Shown here: piece after piece, positions 40,878 through 54,294 of the stretch
How the letters are laid out: each line of letters starts with the position of its first letter
Position numbering within the stretch: position 1 is the first letter of the stretch
Assembly: GCA_964016885.1 (NCBI GenBank)
Contig: OZ024754.1
Location: forward strand, 24,366,001 to 24,430,000
DNA: 64,000 bases
Source of the DNA: Eledone cirrhosa
Taxonomy: Eukaryota
Direction: 5' to 3'
Made by a program: the position numbers and the translations under genes
Notes under the pieces: model-generated
Database searches by the model: none
What the model was told of the DNA's origin: nothing
What the model saw: only the letters and a program-made list of their open reading frames with translations

Positions 40878-41062
40878 TAATTGTTTCTACTTTAGGCACA
40901 AGGCCAGCAATTATCCAGTACATTACTGGTACTTTATTTTATCGACCCGTAAGGAAGAAAAGCAAAGTTAACCTCGGCGGGATTTGAACTCAGGCTGTAA
41001 AGGGACGTAACTATGCTAGAAAGCATGGCGTCCAACCCTCTACTGATACTGCCAATTCACCA
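40878..41062 (-). mobile_element. tRNA-derived SINE
   Basis: Same family as 1701-1847, with (ATT)n tail. Confidence 0.85.
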
Positions 41063-41068
41063 ATAATG

Positions 41069-42372
41069 ATCTCAGTGCCAGCCAGCAAATGCTCTACCCA
41101 AAGAGACGGTCAACTTTCCATGTACGTCCAATACCATGCGTAACGCAAGCATGTACTGCGAGATGAACAAATAAAAATTAATACACAATACCAAATCGCT
41201 TTTCCTATGGTTAATCAGGAAGCGCGTCCCTCAGGAAGGTGCCAACCTGAGATCGAAAAGTCCTCCTCTGGCACAAACTCTTCTCCAATTATGGACCTGG
41301 ATGGTCACTTGATCGGGGATTGCCCCAACTCGAGCCCTCCAGATCCACCACCCAAACCACCTCAAAAAGAAAAACCTAAAAGGATGAAATGGACCCGAGA
41401 AGAGTATAAAGAGGTAATATATGCATATTACTATGCCATCACAAGATAAGCCATCACAAGACAGACACACTTTAAACTCCTACCAAATCTGGAAAACTCG
41501 GAATCAAGCTAGCAGACGTGATATGGATGGAAATAAGTTGGCAAATGTAAGGAGGTATATCTTCAGAAATAATAGACTCACAGACACTGATCTAACTGCG
41601 ATCAAGCAGGCTGTGGAGAATGACATAAATATAAATGATGAAAGAACTGAAGAATCTCCTGGAGATAGTAACCAGTCACAAGTCTTTACTGAAAGACATC
41701 CATCTGACCAAATCACAAATAGGTTTGTAGAAATGAGAAGCCCTATTGAACCCGCTGAAAATAGCCAGGAGAGGGACTTAGAAACACAGGGAGATTATGA
41801 AGGAATTAAAGCAAAAAATACTGAATGAGCTTGCAGTAGTAAGACATTCTAGTATAAATGATAGAGAACCACTTCAAAAACTCCCAAATACAATCCAAAA
41901 TAGAAAACAAATAGTGATTGGTAATTCTGTGACAAAAGAAATCACAGAAGAACTAGAACCTGATCTTACTGAGTTAAATGAAATCATTTATGCATCTGCT
42001 AGAGTAATTGAAACAAGTTGTTTACCACCAAAAAAAAAAAAAAAAAAGGTCGAACCGTCGAGGTAAAACAATTTGGAGGAGTAGAATCGAAAGGGAGATT
42101 GACGTAATGAGAGGAGAAATATCTTTATTGAGTGAGTTAACTGCTGGAAATGATATAAGATCCAAGAAGCTAAAGAGAAAATATGGACTGTCTTCTAGAG
42201 AAGCAATAGTTTCAACAAAAGAATCTCTGAAACAAAAAGTCCAAGTAAAAGCCCAAAGAATTCGTAGATTCGAGAAGCGAAACAACTTCTACAGGCAAAA
42301 TAAGTTGTTCTCATCCAATGCCAAGTCATTTTATAGAGAAGTAGGGAAGAAAAAAAAATTTATTGAAGAACA
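41069..42372 (+). mobile_element. 5' part of another R4/Dong family (N-terminal domain only)
   Basis: RMKWTREEYKEVIYAYY, KLANVRRYI, WRSRIE, LKQKVQVKAQRIRRFEKRNNFYRQNKLF parallel the D1 N-terminus. Confidence 0.8.
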
Positions 42373-42379
42373 ATAATAA

Positions 42380-42570
42380 TAATTGTTTCTACTTTTGGCA
42401 CAAGGCTAGCAATTATCCCAGTACATTACTGGTACTTTATTTTATCGACCCCGTAAGGATGAAAGGCAAAGTTAACCTCGGCAGGATTTGAACTCAGACC
42501 GTAAAGAGACGTAACTATGGTGGAAAGCATGGCGTCCGACTCTCTACCGATACTGCTAATTCACCGCCAT
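42380..42570 (-). mobile_element. tRNA-derived SINE
   Basis: Same family as 1701-1847. Confidence 0.85.
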
Positions 42571-42829
42571 AATATAGATATTTCATGATGAACAGTTCCT
42601 GTTTACGTTAGAAATTACAAATAGACTGTGCAAACATCAAACTAGGAGAGACTTCCTTTCACTAGCAATAGCGATGCTAACAAACACTATCACATATTTG
42701 AGAATCCCGAGATCTTGACAACGTCTCTGTCGTAACACAACGTTCTTATGTATTTAGAACGCGCAGTCGAACAGAAACACAAGAAACACTTTTGCACACT
42801 ATATTCTTCTTCCATTTATTCCTGAGAGG

Positions 42830-43170
42830 GTCGTGGAAACTGTCCTCAGACATGATATCTAGAAGGACCTGTCTGAAACAGCCGTTTCCAAATGATCCGA
42901 TTGAATCCCCAAGCAAGGCCAAACGAGCTCATGAATGTTATCCAACCATCTTATTCGGGGTCTACCTCGTGGGTCTTATGCTGAGATCTCTCGATACGGA
43001 GAAATAGTGGCTTTACCTGGAGCGACTCCCTGACCACTGAGTTACGCGCCCAATCGAGTAACCTTACTCCAGAGACCTTTCGGAGGAACACAGTTTCGGT
43101 GCTTCTACTCGCGATCATCCAAGATTCATGACCATAGGTAAGAGTAGGCAAGAATACCGAATTGAAGATA
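42830..43170 (-). mobile_element. Decayed RTE-clade LINE C-terminal fragment
   Basis: PTLTYGHESW...ETVFLRKVSGVRLLD..RNSVVRESL..IERSQ. Confidence 0.65.
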
Positions 43171-44429
43171 ATTTCTTTCTTCTGATGATCCAGTTGATAA
43201 TCTATTACTATATTTAGTAGGATTCTTTAAGTTAGCAACTAACTCAAATTAACTAAAAAATAACAGTAGCGTATAATCCTGAATGGTGACACAATCTATT
43301 AACTGTAGCTAAACTGGAACCCTTACATTCAGCCTCAGTTTTATCTAACCAGAATTATTCCCTGTTTTCCTTTAGTCAGTTCAACACAGGCTGAGATGGC
43401 GGTATTTAAATCTGTGATTTAATAAGTAACACACCACCGGACTATTTTATTTTTTATTTTTTTATCCTGTCTAAACCGATCTAATTGTTAGTAAAGAAGA
43501 GACCAAAACTAACTAAATATATATAAAAATAAATAAACAAACGAATAAATAAAACTCTTCTAGCAGACGCTGCGTTTAATCTCCTGATCTTCCAGCGGGC
43601 CACATATTAACGTTATTATATCTCATAGCTAGAACTGTGAGCTTTCCGCTTGGCTTCCGTTAGTTTGATACGAGAAGATGACAAGGAGATTAGCTGTAAG
43701 TTTTGTTTCTCACCTAAATTTCGTTTTGCCAAAAAACCACCAATTTCTTTTTTGTTTGTTTGTTTAGCAATAGTTATTTGGATAATTATTGTTATTTTTT
43801 ATCTTTATATATTTTATGACAGTTCGGATATTTTTCACAGTAAATTAGCCAGAAACATGTTGATTCTTCTTACGTATTTTCTTAATTTTTTTCTTTTTTC
43901 TTTCTTTCTCTAATTTTCTTACTTATTCTTTTCTTACTTTCTCTCTAATTTTCTTACTTATTCTTTTCTTTCCTTTTCTCTAATTTTCTTATTTTTTATT
44001 TTATTTTTTCTTACAGTTTTTCTTTCTTTTACTTTTTACTAATAATCACAATTAAGGCACTGACTAGTTTTCTCTCTAATAAGTTCAAATTTTCTCGTCA
44101 AACGGGGAAAAAGGGGGCCCAGCTTTTGTCACATCGTGTCATTACACAATAGAGATACGGTAGAACCTGCATAAACAAAAACTTATTTTGAAAGAAAAAG
44201 GGCCAAACAACAGGAAGCTGTCATCGTAATAATAAACAAAGAAATAAACAAATAAATAAATAAATGAATATATAAATAAATAAACAAATAAATAAATAAA
44301 TAAATAAATAAATAAATTTTCTAAATCCAAATAAAGCCAAGAGATAAAAAAACCCACATCGGAATTGTTAAGAAAATAACTTTACTTCGTAGGAAAAACC
44401 AGGAATATTGATGATCAAGCTCTAAAATG

Positions 44430-45146
44430 TGACGCTTTTTCTTATTACCTCCTACTTTAAATTGAAACAAACTATATAAATTGGGGTTTGTGTTAGTGTT
44501 AGTGTTAGGGTTAGTGTTAATGTTAGTGTTAGGGGTTAGTGTAGTGTTAGTGTTAGTGTTAGTGTTTAGTGTTTGTATTAGTGTTAGTGTTGTGTTAGTG
44601 TTAGTATTTAGTGTTAGTGTTAGTGTTAGTGTTAGTGTTTAGTGTTAGTGTTAGTGTTTAGTGTTAGTGTTAGTGTTTAGTGTTAGTGTTAGTGTTAGTG
44701 TTAGTGTTTAGTGTTAGGGGTTAGTGTTAGTTGTTAGTTGTTAGTGTTAGTGTTAGGGGTTAGTGTTAGTGTTTAGTGTTAGTGTTAGGGGTTAGTGTTT
44801 AGCATTAGTGTTAGTGTTTAGTGTTAGTGTTAATGTTAGTGTTTAGTGTTAGTGTTAATGTTAGCAGTTAGTGTTAATGTTAAGGGTTAGTTTTTAGTGT
44901 TAGTGCTATGGGTTAGTGTTTAGTGTTAGTATTAGAGGTTAGTGTTAGTGTTAGGGGTTAGTGTTGTGGTTTAGTGCTAGTGTTAGAGGTTAATGTTTAG
45001 TGTTAGTGTTAGGGGTTAATGTTAGTGTTAGTGTTAGGGGTTAGTGTTACGGGTTAGGGTTTATTTTTGGGGATTATATGTTAGGATTTAGTGTTAGATA
45101 ACGTTTATTTCAATTTGAAATCCGAGGTAATAACGAAGCAGTGTCA
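44430..45146. mobile_element. MITE-like element: ~43-bp imperfect TIRs enclosing a (TTAGTG)/(TTAGGG) telomere-like array
   Basis: 44430-44472 pairs with 45103-45146; the array spans ~44490-45098. Confidence 0.6.
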
Positions 45147-45814
45147 AAAACGTTTCCGAATATATATTAAATAAGATGAAGGAATAGTAGATTAGGTCCA
45201 GAATGATTTGTACTATGTGTTCTTGTTCTCTATATTCTGAGTTCAAATTCCACCGAGATCAACTTGCTATCGAGCTCGGTATATAGTGAAGCAGTTCAAT
45301 ACTGACATTGATTCTTCATCTATATGTTTTACTGTCTTTCTCTCTGTTCCTTTTTCTGGAAGAAATCGATTGGGTTCTGTCTCACCTGGTTTAAATGTGT
45401 CTCTACGTCTCTATAAAGAATTAAGTGTTTGCCTTTAGTCTTTGTTGTGTCTCAGAGAACAAGTACACATCAAATATCTGTTTGAACATTTCCACACAAA
45501 TATTGCAAAACAAATACAAATACGAAGTATATATATATATATATATATATATGGAGCGGAATCAGTATATTCTAAAGTTTTCCTTCCAATAACAAGATCC
45601 CAAATTCAATTTCACTGAGTGGCATGTCATTTAGAATATTACTATGTTGACCTGATCCTTGTTAAAAAAATGATAGAGAAAAACTGTATGTAATCTCGAT
45701 GAATTTAATTCAATAGCCCTAATTCTAATGGTCATCTTCGTCATACAATCTGTCTCAGTGATGATGTCTGAGAATTACATTAGTAGTATAAATGCTCCTG
45801 CAGGCAACGAACTG

Positions 45815-45960
45815 GCGTTAGAGTCGTTAGAACGTTGAATGCTTTGTGGTATTCGTTCCGGCTTTGAGCGTTCTGATTTCAAATCCCGTCGAAGTCAATT
45901 TTACCTTTCATCCTTTCGAAGTCGATAAACAAAAGGTACCAGTCTAGTACTTGGGTCGGT
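45815..45960 (+). mobile_element. Older SINE copy
   Basis: TTCAAATCCCGTCGAAGTCAA...CCTTTCATCCTTTCGAAGTCGATAAA...GTACCAG. Confidence 0.7.
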
Positions 45961-46347
45961 TCTTCCTCTATTTCTCTTTCTCACATCCTCTCTTTTACTC
46001 TCTTTCTTTCTCATTCTTTGAGTAAATCGGTTGTGTTCAAACCTACAGTGGTGGTAGATTCTGCCAGATTTAAACAACTGTACGACACCAGCAGGAGTTA
46101 TGGGTCCATACATACATAGGTGTTTCTGGAATACTCAGCCATTTTTGTGGTGATCAAACAACTGGAATACTTATCGTTGGAATCGATGTAGGATCTTTTT
46201 TTTGTTACTCATGAAAGATGTATGAAGGGAGAAGGATTATACAGGTATATACACATTTATGTATATATATATATACATATTAACGTGTATATATACATAT
46301 TCATGTGTTTATATACATATTCATGTGTATATATACATATTCGTGTG

Positions 46348-46408
<61 letters not shown>

Positions 46409-46413
<5 letters not shown>

Positions 46414-46569
46414 AACAAGTAAGACCCCGACGGCTGAGCTCAAGCCGTCGAAACGGCTTGAGCTCAGCCGTCGGGGTCTTACTTGTTCCTATTACCCACT
46501 CTATTACCCTAAGTATTGAGTACTTTGGTGCGTTATGGTCCACCTGGTTCCTTACCACATTTCCTTCGT

Positions 46570-46572
<3 letters not shown>
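46409..46572 (+). mobile_element. Hairpin-plus-tail element (family P4), copy 1
   Basis: Perfect hairpin 46409-46492 plus tail, in (TA)n. Confidence 0.8.
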
Positions 46573-46636
<64 letters not shown>

Positions 46637-46670
46637 GTATATGCATACATACATATATATACATATATAT

Positions 46671-46710
<40 letters not shown>

Positions 46711-46714
<4 letters not shown>

Positions 46715-46908
46715 CGAAGGAATTGTGGTAAGGAACCAAATGGACCATAACGCACCAGAGTACTCAATACTTAGGGTAGTAGAGTGGGTAATAGGAAAAA
46801 GTATGACCCCGGCGGCGGAGCTCAAGCCGTTTTGACGGCTATTTCTGGACCAAGAAATAGCCGTCGAAACGGCTTGAGCTCTGCCGTCGGGGTCATACTT
46901 TTTCCTAT
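46711..46908 (-). mobile_element. Hairpin-plus-tail element P4, copy 2, inverted relative to copy 1
   Basis: Tail homologous to 46493-46572; has its own fold-back. Confidence 0.8.
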
Positions 46909-46915
46909 ATATATT

Positions 46916-47030
<115 letters not shown>

Positions 47031-48368
47031 ACACATATTCATGTGTGTATATACACATGAATAGTTTCCTCTCTCTTCCCTTCCAAAAATTTCCTCCTCT
47101 CTCTATCTATCTATATACATATCTCTCTCGCCTCTCTTTTTCTCTAATGTGAAAGATTTCCATAAAGAAAACCATTACTAGGAGACACAGTGTGTTCTTA
47201 GTTGCAAAGAAAATACAAACAAAGCAAAAATAAGTGTAAGAAAACATCTGAAACATGAGCAACAAGTAGAATAACAGATGGCCAAACTCACATGCTACTA
47301 ATTAGAGGAATTAGCAGAACGAACAAACACAACCGATTATGCAATTCTTTGAGGAAAGCTAAAATATGATTTTATCAGAACTAAACATCAATCTGTATGC
47401 CACCAAGGATCAAACTTCGACTAATTTGCAAGAATATCTAACGAGCTCTTGAATGCTTGACAGTTGCTATACCGCCGACAACCTATGTCCTTTTAAGTGG
47501 CGTTTTCTGTGTTTGAAATCTCTTAGAATGTCTTGTGAACTACGGTTCCGTGGCAATCAGGAGAACAACATATTTCTCTAAACAGTTGTTCTTGGTGACA
47601 GAAACAGAGAAAAAAAAAGCAAAATACAAAAGAAGTAAGAAAGAAAAATACGCTGAGATGTATTCATGCGAACATGATATACGCGGTATAAACACACGTT
47701 TTCGTTGTCTCCATCTCTCAATTATTCTGCCGCACCATCTCTGCCTTTCTCCCATTGTGTAGGCGCGTGGCTTAGTGTTTACGGTTTAGTCCAGTCATGG
47801 GCAAAATTATGTCTGGACAACAACAAAAGCAATGGCAGACCTGTCAACTTTCCCCGTCCGACGAGGAGATCTCCCACTATGGAGTGGGTGAGAGATGTAG
47901 ACACTTGTGAAAATGGGTATAGCTTTCATTATGTAAAATCTCCCCATTTTGTGTACATTCTTTCATGGTACTCCCCATTTGGGGTTTTAGAGGTTGGCAG
48001 GTCTGCATTGGTGACAATATAAAAAGAATAATACTAGCAGTATCCACATTAAGATTAACAAGAAAAACGTCAAGAAAGGTAAGTCCAACACAAAGTGATT
48101 CTGTTTACAATAAGATTGACTGTAATAACGAGAGCAGCAACAACAATAACAACATTGTCTTTGATTTTATTAGTTCTAGTTTTATGTTAAACATGGATAT
48201 AGGGGAATAAAATAGATGTTTACCGATATAGGTAGCTGTGGCACTGTTATGAAGAAATCCTTGACTAGAAATTTTCCCATGGAGAAAGATACTTCTCTGC
48301 AGCAGGGAAGCTGTAGTAACGCTAATTAAGACCACGATGTGAACCAGAACAGTTTAAACAATGAAGCG

Positions 48369-48490
48369 AAGGCGTGTGGCTTTGTGGCTAGGGTGTTCGG
48401 CTTAAGATTGTGAGTTGGATTCCCGGTGGCGTGTCATATCATTGAGCAAGACACATGATTTCCCGTAGATCTAATTCACTCATCTGGAAA
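48369..48490 (+). mobile_element. Decayed tRNA-derived SINE of a second family
   Basis: GGCGTGTGGCTTTGTGG..., B-box-like GAGTTGGATTCCC, then TTGAGCAAGACAC. Confidence 0.5.
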
Positions 48491-49401
48491 AAAATGACTT
48501 GTACCTGTAATTCAAAAGGCTATTCGTATCACACTGCGCCATGTTATATCTCTATCTCATGTTATATATCTATACCTGTGGAATGCTCAACCCACCTCAA
48601 GTTGTATTCCTGTCTGTTTGTTTATTCACGAACTCCTATTTTGGAGATAGACCCCTATAACCATATATATTCTGAAACTACATTTCCCAGGGTACTTGGA
48701 TAAGTATATTTCATTTTAATCAAAGGGTTCCCCGGGTACACAAAATCCCCGCTGAAAATTTTTACCCTTCGATTTATATGAAATTTAAACCATAGGTAAA
48801 TGACAAGATATGATACCTATTCACAAAAGTTTTGAATTGATATTTTGAAAAAATATATTTACAAGAAACAAAATAAGAATAAGGTTTAATAATGTAATTT
48901 TGATTTGATATATTACAAAAAATACTATTTTCCAATTTTTCATTGAGTAATATTGAAATGTAGAGTTTTTCTCCATAAATTATATCACTGATTTAAAATC
49001 AATCATGATTTTCTTACAAAAAAAAATGTGTTAACCGCAGCAAGGCGCGGGTAATTCGGATAGTATATATATAAAATTATAAGTTTGAAGAATAATCAGA
49101 CAAAATTTATCCATTTTGTTTTTCTCCTTATCTGGTAGAAATCAACCAGATAAATAATCATTTAAACGGAGGTAAGTTTAAAATGTAACTTTGAAGAAAT
49201 AACAGATAAATGTTATCGATTTTCCTCTGTGAGGAACAGTAAGACAACATTTACCTAGTCTTTCCTCTTAGTCCGTAGAAATTAACTAGACAAATAATCA
49301 ATTAAACGGAGCTAAGTCTAAAATGTAAGTTTGAAGAAAAGAAATAGATAAACGTTACCAAAAATTTTCCCATCCCGACTATCGATAGTTTCGCTTGTAC
49401 T

Positions 49402-49509
49402 TTGTGGATATGTCTAATCGTTGTGGATATGTCTAATCGTTGTGGATATGTCTAATCGTTGTGGATATGTCTAATCGTTGTGGATATGTCTAATCGTTGT
49501 GGATATGTC
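49402..49509. repeat. 19-bp minisatellite TTGTGGATATGTCTAATCG, ~5.6 copies
   Basis: Perfect tandem copies. Confidence 0.95.
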
Positions 49510-49587
49510 CACGAGGCTCCGAGCTTTTCAAGAGACTCCCTCAGTTAGTACAAACATTTCTAAAGTGATCGCTGTTAGTAACGATTT

Positions 49588-49656
<69 letters not shown>

Positions 49657-49729
49657 GAACAAATAATAAGTAGAATCAGAACTGCATCAAATCCACCACA
49701 CACTCCTTTCTCATTTAAGCATCAAGCTC

Positions 49730-51365
49730 ACCACCACCACTACAGTCACAGCTGCCATTGACAAATACAGCAGCAGCAACAGCAACAACCACTACAATAG
49801 CAACAACAAAAACAAAAACAGCAGCAACATCAACAAGAGTCATCATCGGCGAATACGATATTCAACGACATCAAACTTTAAATGCCATGGCCAAAAGTAA
49901 CACGTGTGTTAACAGCATCACTGATAACATCAACACCACCACCAACAACACCACCACCACAACAACAACAACACCAACAACAACATCAACATCAACATCA
50001 CAACAATAACAACACCACCACCAACAACACCACCAACAACAACAACAACAACAACAACACCACCAACATCAACAACAACAACACCACCAACAACACCACC
50101 ACCACCAACAACAACACCAACAACAACAACACCACCAACAACACCACCACCACCAACAACAACACCACTACCAACAACAACACCACCAACAACAACAACA
50201 ACAACACCACCACCACCAACAACAACACCACTACCAACAACAACACCACCACCACCAACAACAACAACAACAACACCACCAACACACCAACAACAACAAC
50301 AACACCAACAACAACACCGCCACCAACAACAACACCAACAACAACACCACTACCAACAATAACAACAACAACAATAACAACACTACCAAAAACAACACCA
50401 CCACAACCACCACCACCAACAACAATCATAACAACATCAACAAAACAACAACAACAGCAACAATAACAACACCACCAACGCCACCACCACCAACAACACG
50501 ACCACCACCACCAACGCCACCACCACCACCACGAACAACACCACCACCGCCACCAACGCCACCACCACCAACAACAACAACACCACCACCAACAACAATA
50601 ACGACATCAACAAAACAACAACAACAGCACCAAAACCTCCACTGCCAACTCTACCGCCACTGCCACTACCACCACTACCACCATACCACCCCCCAATCCC
50701 CAACACAACCCCAACCATCACCCCACCACCACCCTCACCACTACCAACACAACCAGCACCACCAATGAAAACACCGCCACCAACACAACCCCTACCATCA
50801 CCCCACCCTACCACCACCCTCACCACTACCACCACTACCACCATATCCCCCCCAATCCCCACCACAACCCCAACCATCACCCCACCACCACCCTCACCAC
50901 TACCAACACAACCAGCACCACCAATGAAAACACCGCCACCAACACAATCCCTACCATCACCCCACCCTACCACCACCCTCACCACTACCACCATACCCCC
51001 CCAATCCCCAACACAACCCCAACCATCACCCCACCCCCCACCACCCTCACCACTATCAACACAACCAGCACCACCAATGAAAACACCGCCACCAACACAA
51101 CCTCCAACCATCACACCACCCCCACCAATACCTACACCGCCACCCTCACCACTACCAACACAATCACCACCACCAATGCCAACACCGCCACCAACACAAC
51201 CCCAACCGTCACCCCCACAACCACCAACATCTCCACCATTATAGCCTACCAACACCTCCGCCACCATACATTCACAACACCAATACCAGCACAACCATAG
51301 ACAACAACAAAAACAATGTAAAAAAACAACGACGACTCTCATATAACCCCCCCCCCCCCCCCCAA
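49730..51365. repeat. (CAA/CAC)n low-complexity tract with higher-order repeats in 50680-51100
   Basis: Trinucleotide-rich; CCAATGAAAACACCGCCACCAACACAA occurs three times. Confidence 0.9.
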
Positions 51366-51424
51366 CAAAAAACCTACACCACATTTCCCGTGATAACCGA
51401 CCATGTCAGTGGGAAAATATATAA

Positions 51425-51427
<3 letters not shown>

Positions 51428-51470
<43 letters not shown>

Positions 51471-51546
51471 GTGTGTATGTATGTGTGTATGTGTGTATGT
51501 GTGTGTGTGTGTGCACGAATATAGAAAAGATACATACGTATATACT

Positions 51547-51615
<69 letters not shown>

Positions 51616-51678
51616 ATGTATGTATGTATATGTATGTTTGTATATGTATGTGTGTATATGTATGTATATGTGTGTATG

Positions 51679-51723
<45 letters not shown>

Positions 51724-52095
51724 ATGTATGTATGTATATGTATGTATGTATATGTATGTATATATATATATATATATATGTATGTATATGTATATGTATG
51801 TATATGTATGTATGTATATGTATGTATATGTATGTATGTATATGTATGTATATGTATGTATGTATATGTATGTATGTATATGTATGTATGTATATGTATG
51901 TATGTATATGTATGTATATGTATGTATATGTATGTATATGTATATGTATGTATGTATATGTATGTATATATATGTATATGTATGTATGTATGTATATGTA
52001 TGTATATGTGTGTATGTATATGTATGTGTGTATATGTATGTATATGTGTGTATATATATGTGTGTATGTATATGTATGTATGTATATGTATGTAT
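51428..52095. repeat. Compound (TA)n/(TATG)n microsatellite
   Basis: ~670 bp of simple repeats. Confidence 0.95.
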
Positions 52096-52277
52096 AAAAG
52101 CAGAGAAAAAAATATATATAGAAGAGAGAAATACCAAGGCAGTCATACATTTGGTTAATTGCTGAACATCGTTTAAATACTTTTTCTTCCGCTTCTATTT
52201 AAATATTTCTTTTAAAAAACTCTGAGAACATCTGTTAAAATTGTGAAACCGCTCAGGTAACACTTGCACATACATAC

Positions 52278-52391
<114 letters not shown>

Positions 52392-52502
52392 ATGAGGCAC
52401 AAACAAAACCATGTATACATGCATACAAACACACACGTACTCATATAAATATATATATATATACATATATATATATGTATGCATACATATATATATATAT
52501 AA

Positions 52503-52539
<37 letters not shown>

Positions 52540-52651
52540 CACACCCACATATATATATATATATACATATATATACATACATACATATGCATATATACAT
52601 TTATATATATATATATGTGTGTGTGTGGGTGTGGGTGTGCGTGTGTGTATG

Positions 52652-52682
<31 letters not shown>

Positions 52683-53021
52683 ATTCCTCTGTGTAGTCAT
52701 GCTTAAACCAAATAAACCAACAAATATATGAATAAATAAACATATAAACACCTCTCGGCAACTTCCGATTCAGAGTTGGGCAGCGGAAGTGGTGTTCTCT
52801 AGCCGAACTGTATCTCGTTCTGGGGTTGTTTCTGTCGAGAAAATCGTGGTAATATGAAGATATTTGCGGAATGCCTAGTCTCGATTTTGATTAATATTAC
52901 AGAGTTATTTACCCCTTCTACTAGTCTTACCACATTTTTATCGGACATAGAAACGACGGAACCTTTATATACTGGCACAGCATCCATTTTTTAACATTTG
53001 TTTGCATGTATGTCTGCCTGC

Positions 53022-53103
<82 letters not shown>

Positions 53104-53104
53104 T

Positions 53105-53421
53105 AGATTTTGAGTTTATTTTGGTTGTATACCAACACCTCAGTATGCAGGCTGGAGCACTCGACGAAGTGCGCAGGTTGGTTTGGTTACTCCGGAGTAG
53201 TGTAAAATAAAGTTAAATAAAAGTCAAATGATTAAAATTTAGATTCGTTTATTACTGCTATATATATTTCAGTGACAGCCATCTTTGGCTGTGACCTCTT
53301 CAGGCAGTTTGAATTAGTATGGTATAGACAAGTACATATGTTATTTAGGTGTATGATATTGTCAATACTCTGATATGCCCAGTTCCTTGTTGGGTTGTTA
53401 ATTCACTGGGGAACTGGAGTC
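53105..53421 (-). mobile_element. PLE-type family P2, non-palindromic copy; hammerhead at 53254-53308
   Basis: Near-identical to 6031-6347. Confidence 0.85.
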
Positions 53422-53496
53422 ATATATATATATATATCAAGGCTCTGATACCATCAACACTATAAACACAGAGCTGGCATATCTAAGAACTGACTA

Positions 53497-53552
53497 ACTG
53501 CCTGATGAGGTCATAGCCATTCAATGGCTATCATCGAAATATATATAGCAGT
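53497..53552 (+). ncRNA. Minimal type-I hammerhead ribozyme
   Basis: ACTGC-CTGATGA-GGT(C)ATAGCCA[TTCAA]TGGCTAT(C)ATC-GAAA-TATATATA-GCAGT. Confidence 0.85.
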
Positions 53553-53682
53553 AAATAAAGGATTATGATATATATAAATCAAGAGATTTATTTTGAATGA
53601 AACAGTTCTAGTCGTGTAGAAGCCATTTCTATATTAAACATGGTGTTTACACTCTACTAATGTATTGAAAACCCGGGGCTCA

Positions 53683-53796
<114 letters not shown>

Positions 53797-53952
53797 CACG
53801 TTTATGTATGTGTTCAGCAAGAATTTTGATGTAAAATCTTGTGTTGAAGCCGATATTATATTTGGGGATGGTTATGTTGCTAATATTGTCAATAAAAAGA
53901 AACACACGTACCATATAATTTTCATTTTTTCTTTATTGTTCCTGATTCATTC

Positions 53953-53991
<39 letters not shown>

Positions 53992-54153
53992 CAATATATA
54001 TATAGAGGTAGAACACTGGAAGGTAATATCCGTAGTGGTAGAGCACTCCGTCAATGGGACGAGTTAGGTAGATGTGGTAACACAACAGTTAGTTCACCAT
54101 ACCGAGAACAATTGTTTCACCTTAGCGGATTCTCATATATATATATCATCATC

Positions 54154-54294
<141 letters not shown>

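Noticed and set aside
44490-45098. True telomere or chromosome-fusion remnant
   Set aside because: Mostly TTAGTG in a single orientation and bounded by TIR-like ends.
47990-48084. Possible host exon (TTTTAG ... AAG|GTAAGT)
   Set aside because: No recognisable peptide or partner exons; it cannot be supported without transcript data.
49402-49509. Regular short repeats suggesting a CRISPR array (also 351-430)
   Set aside because: The copies are contiguous with no spacers, there are no cas genes, and the context is eukaryotic.
49758-51384. Mucin/extensin-like Thr/Asn/Pro ORFs and Gly/Val antisense ORFs
   Set aside because: They come from a (CAA/CAC)n tract open in several frames, with no signal peptide, domain or clear splice structure.
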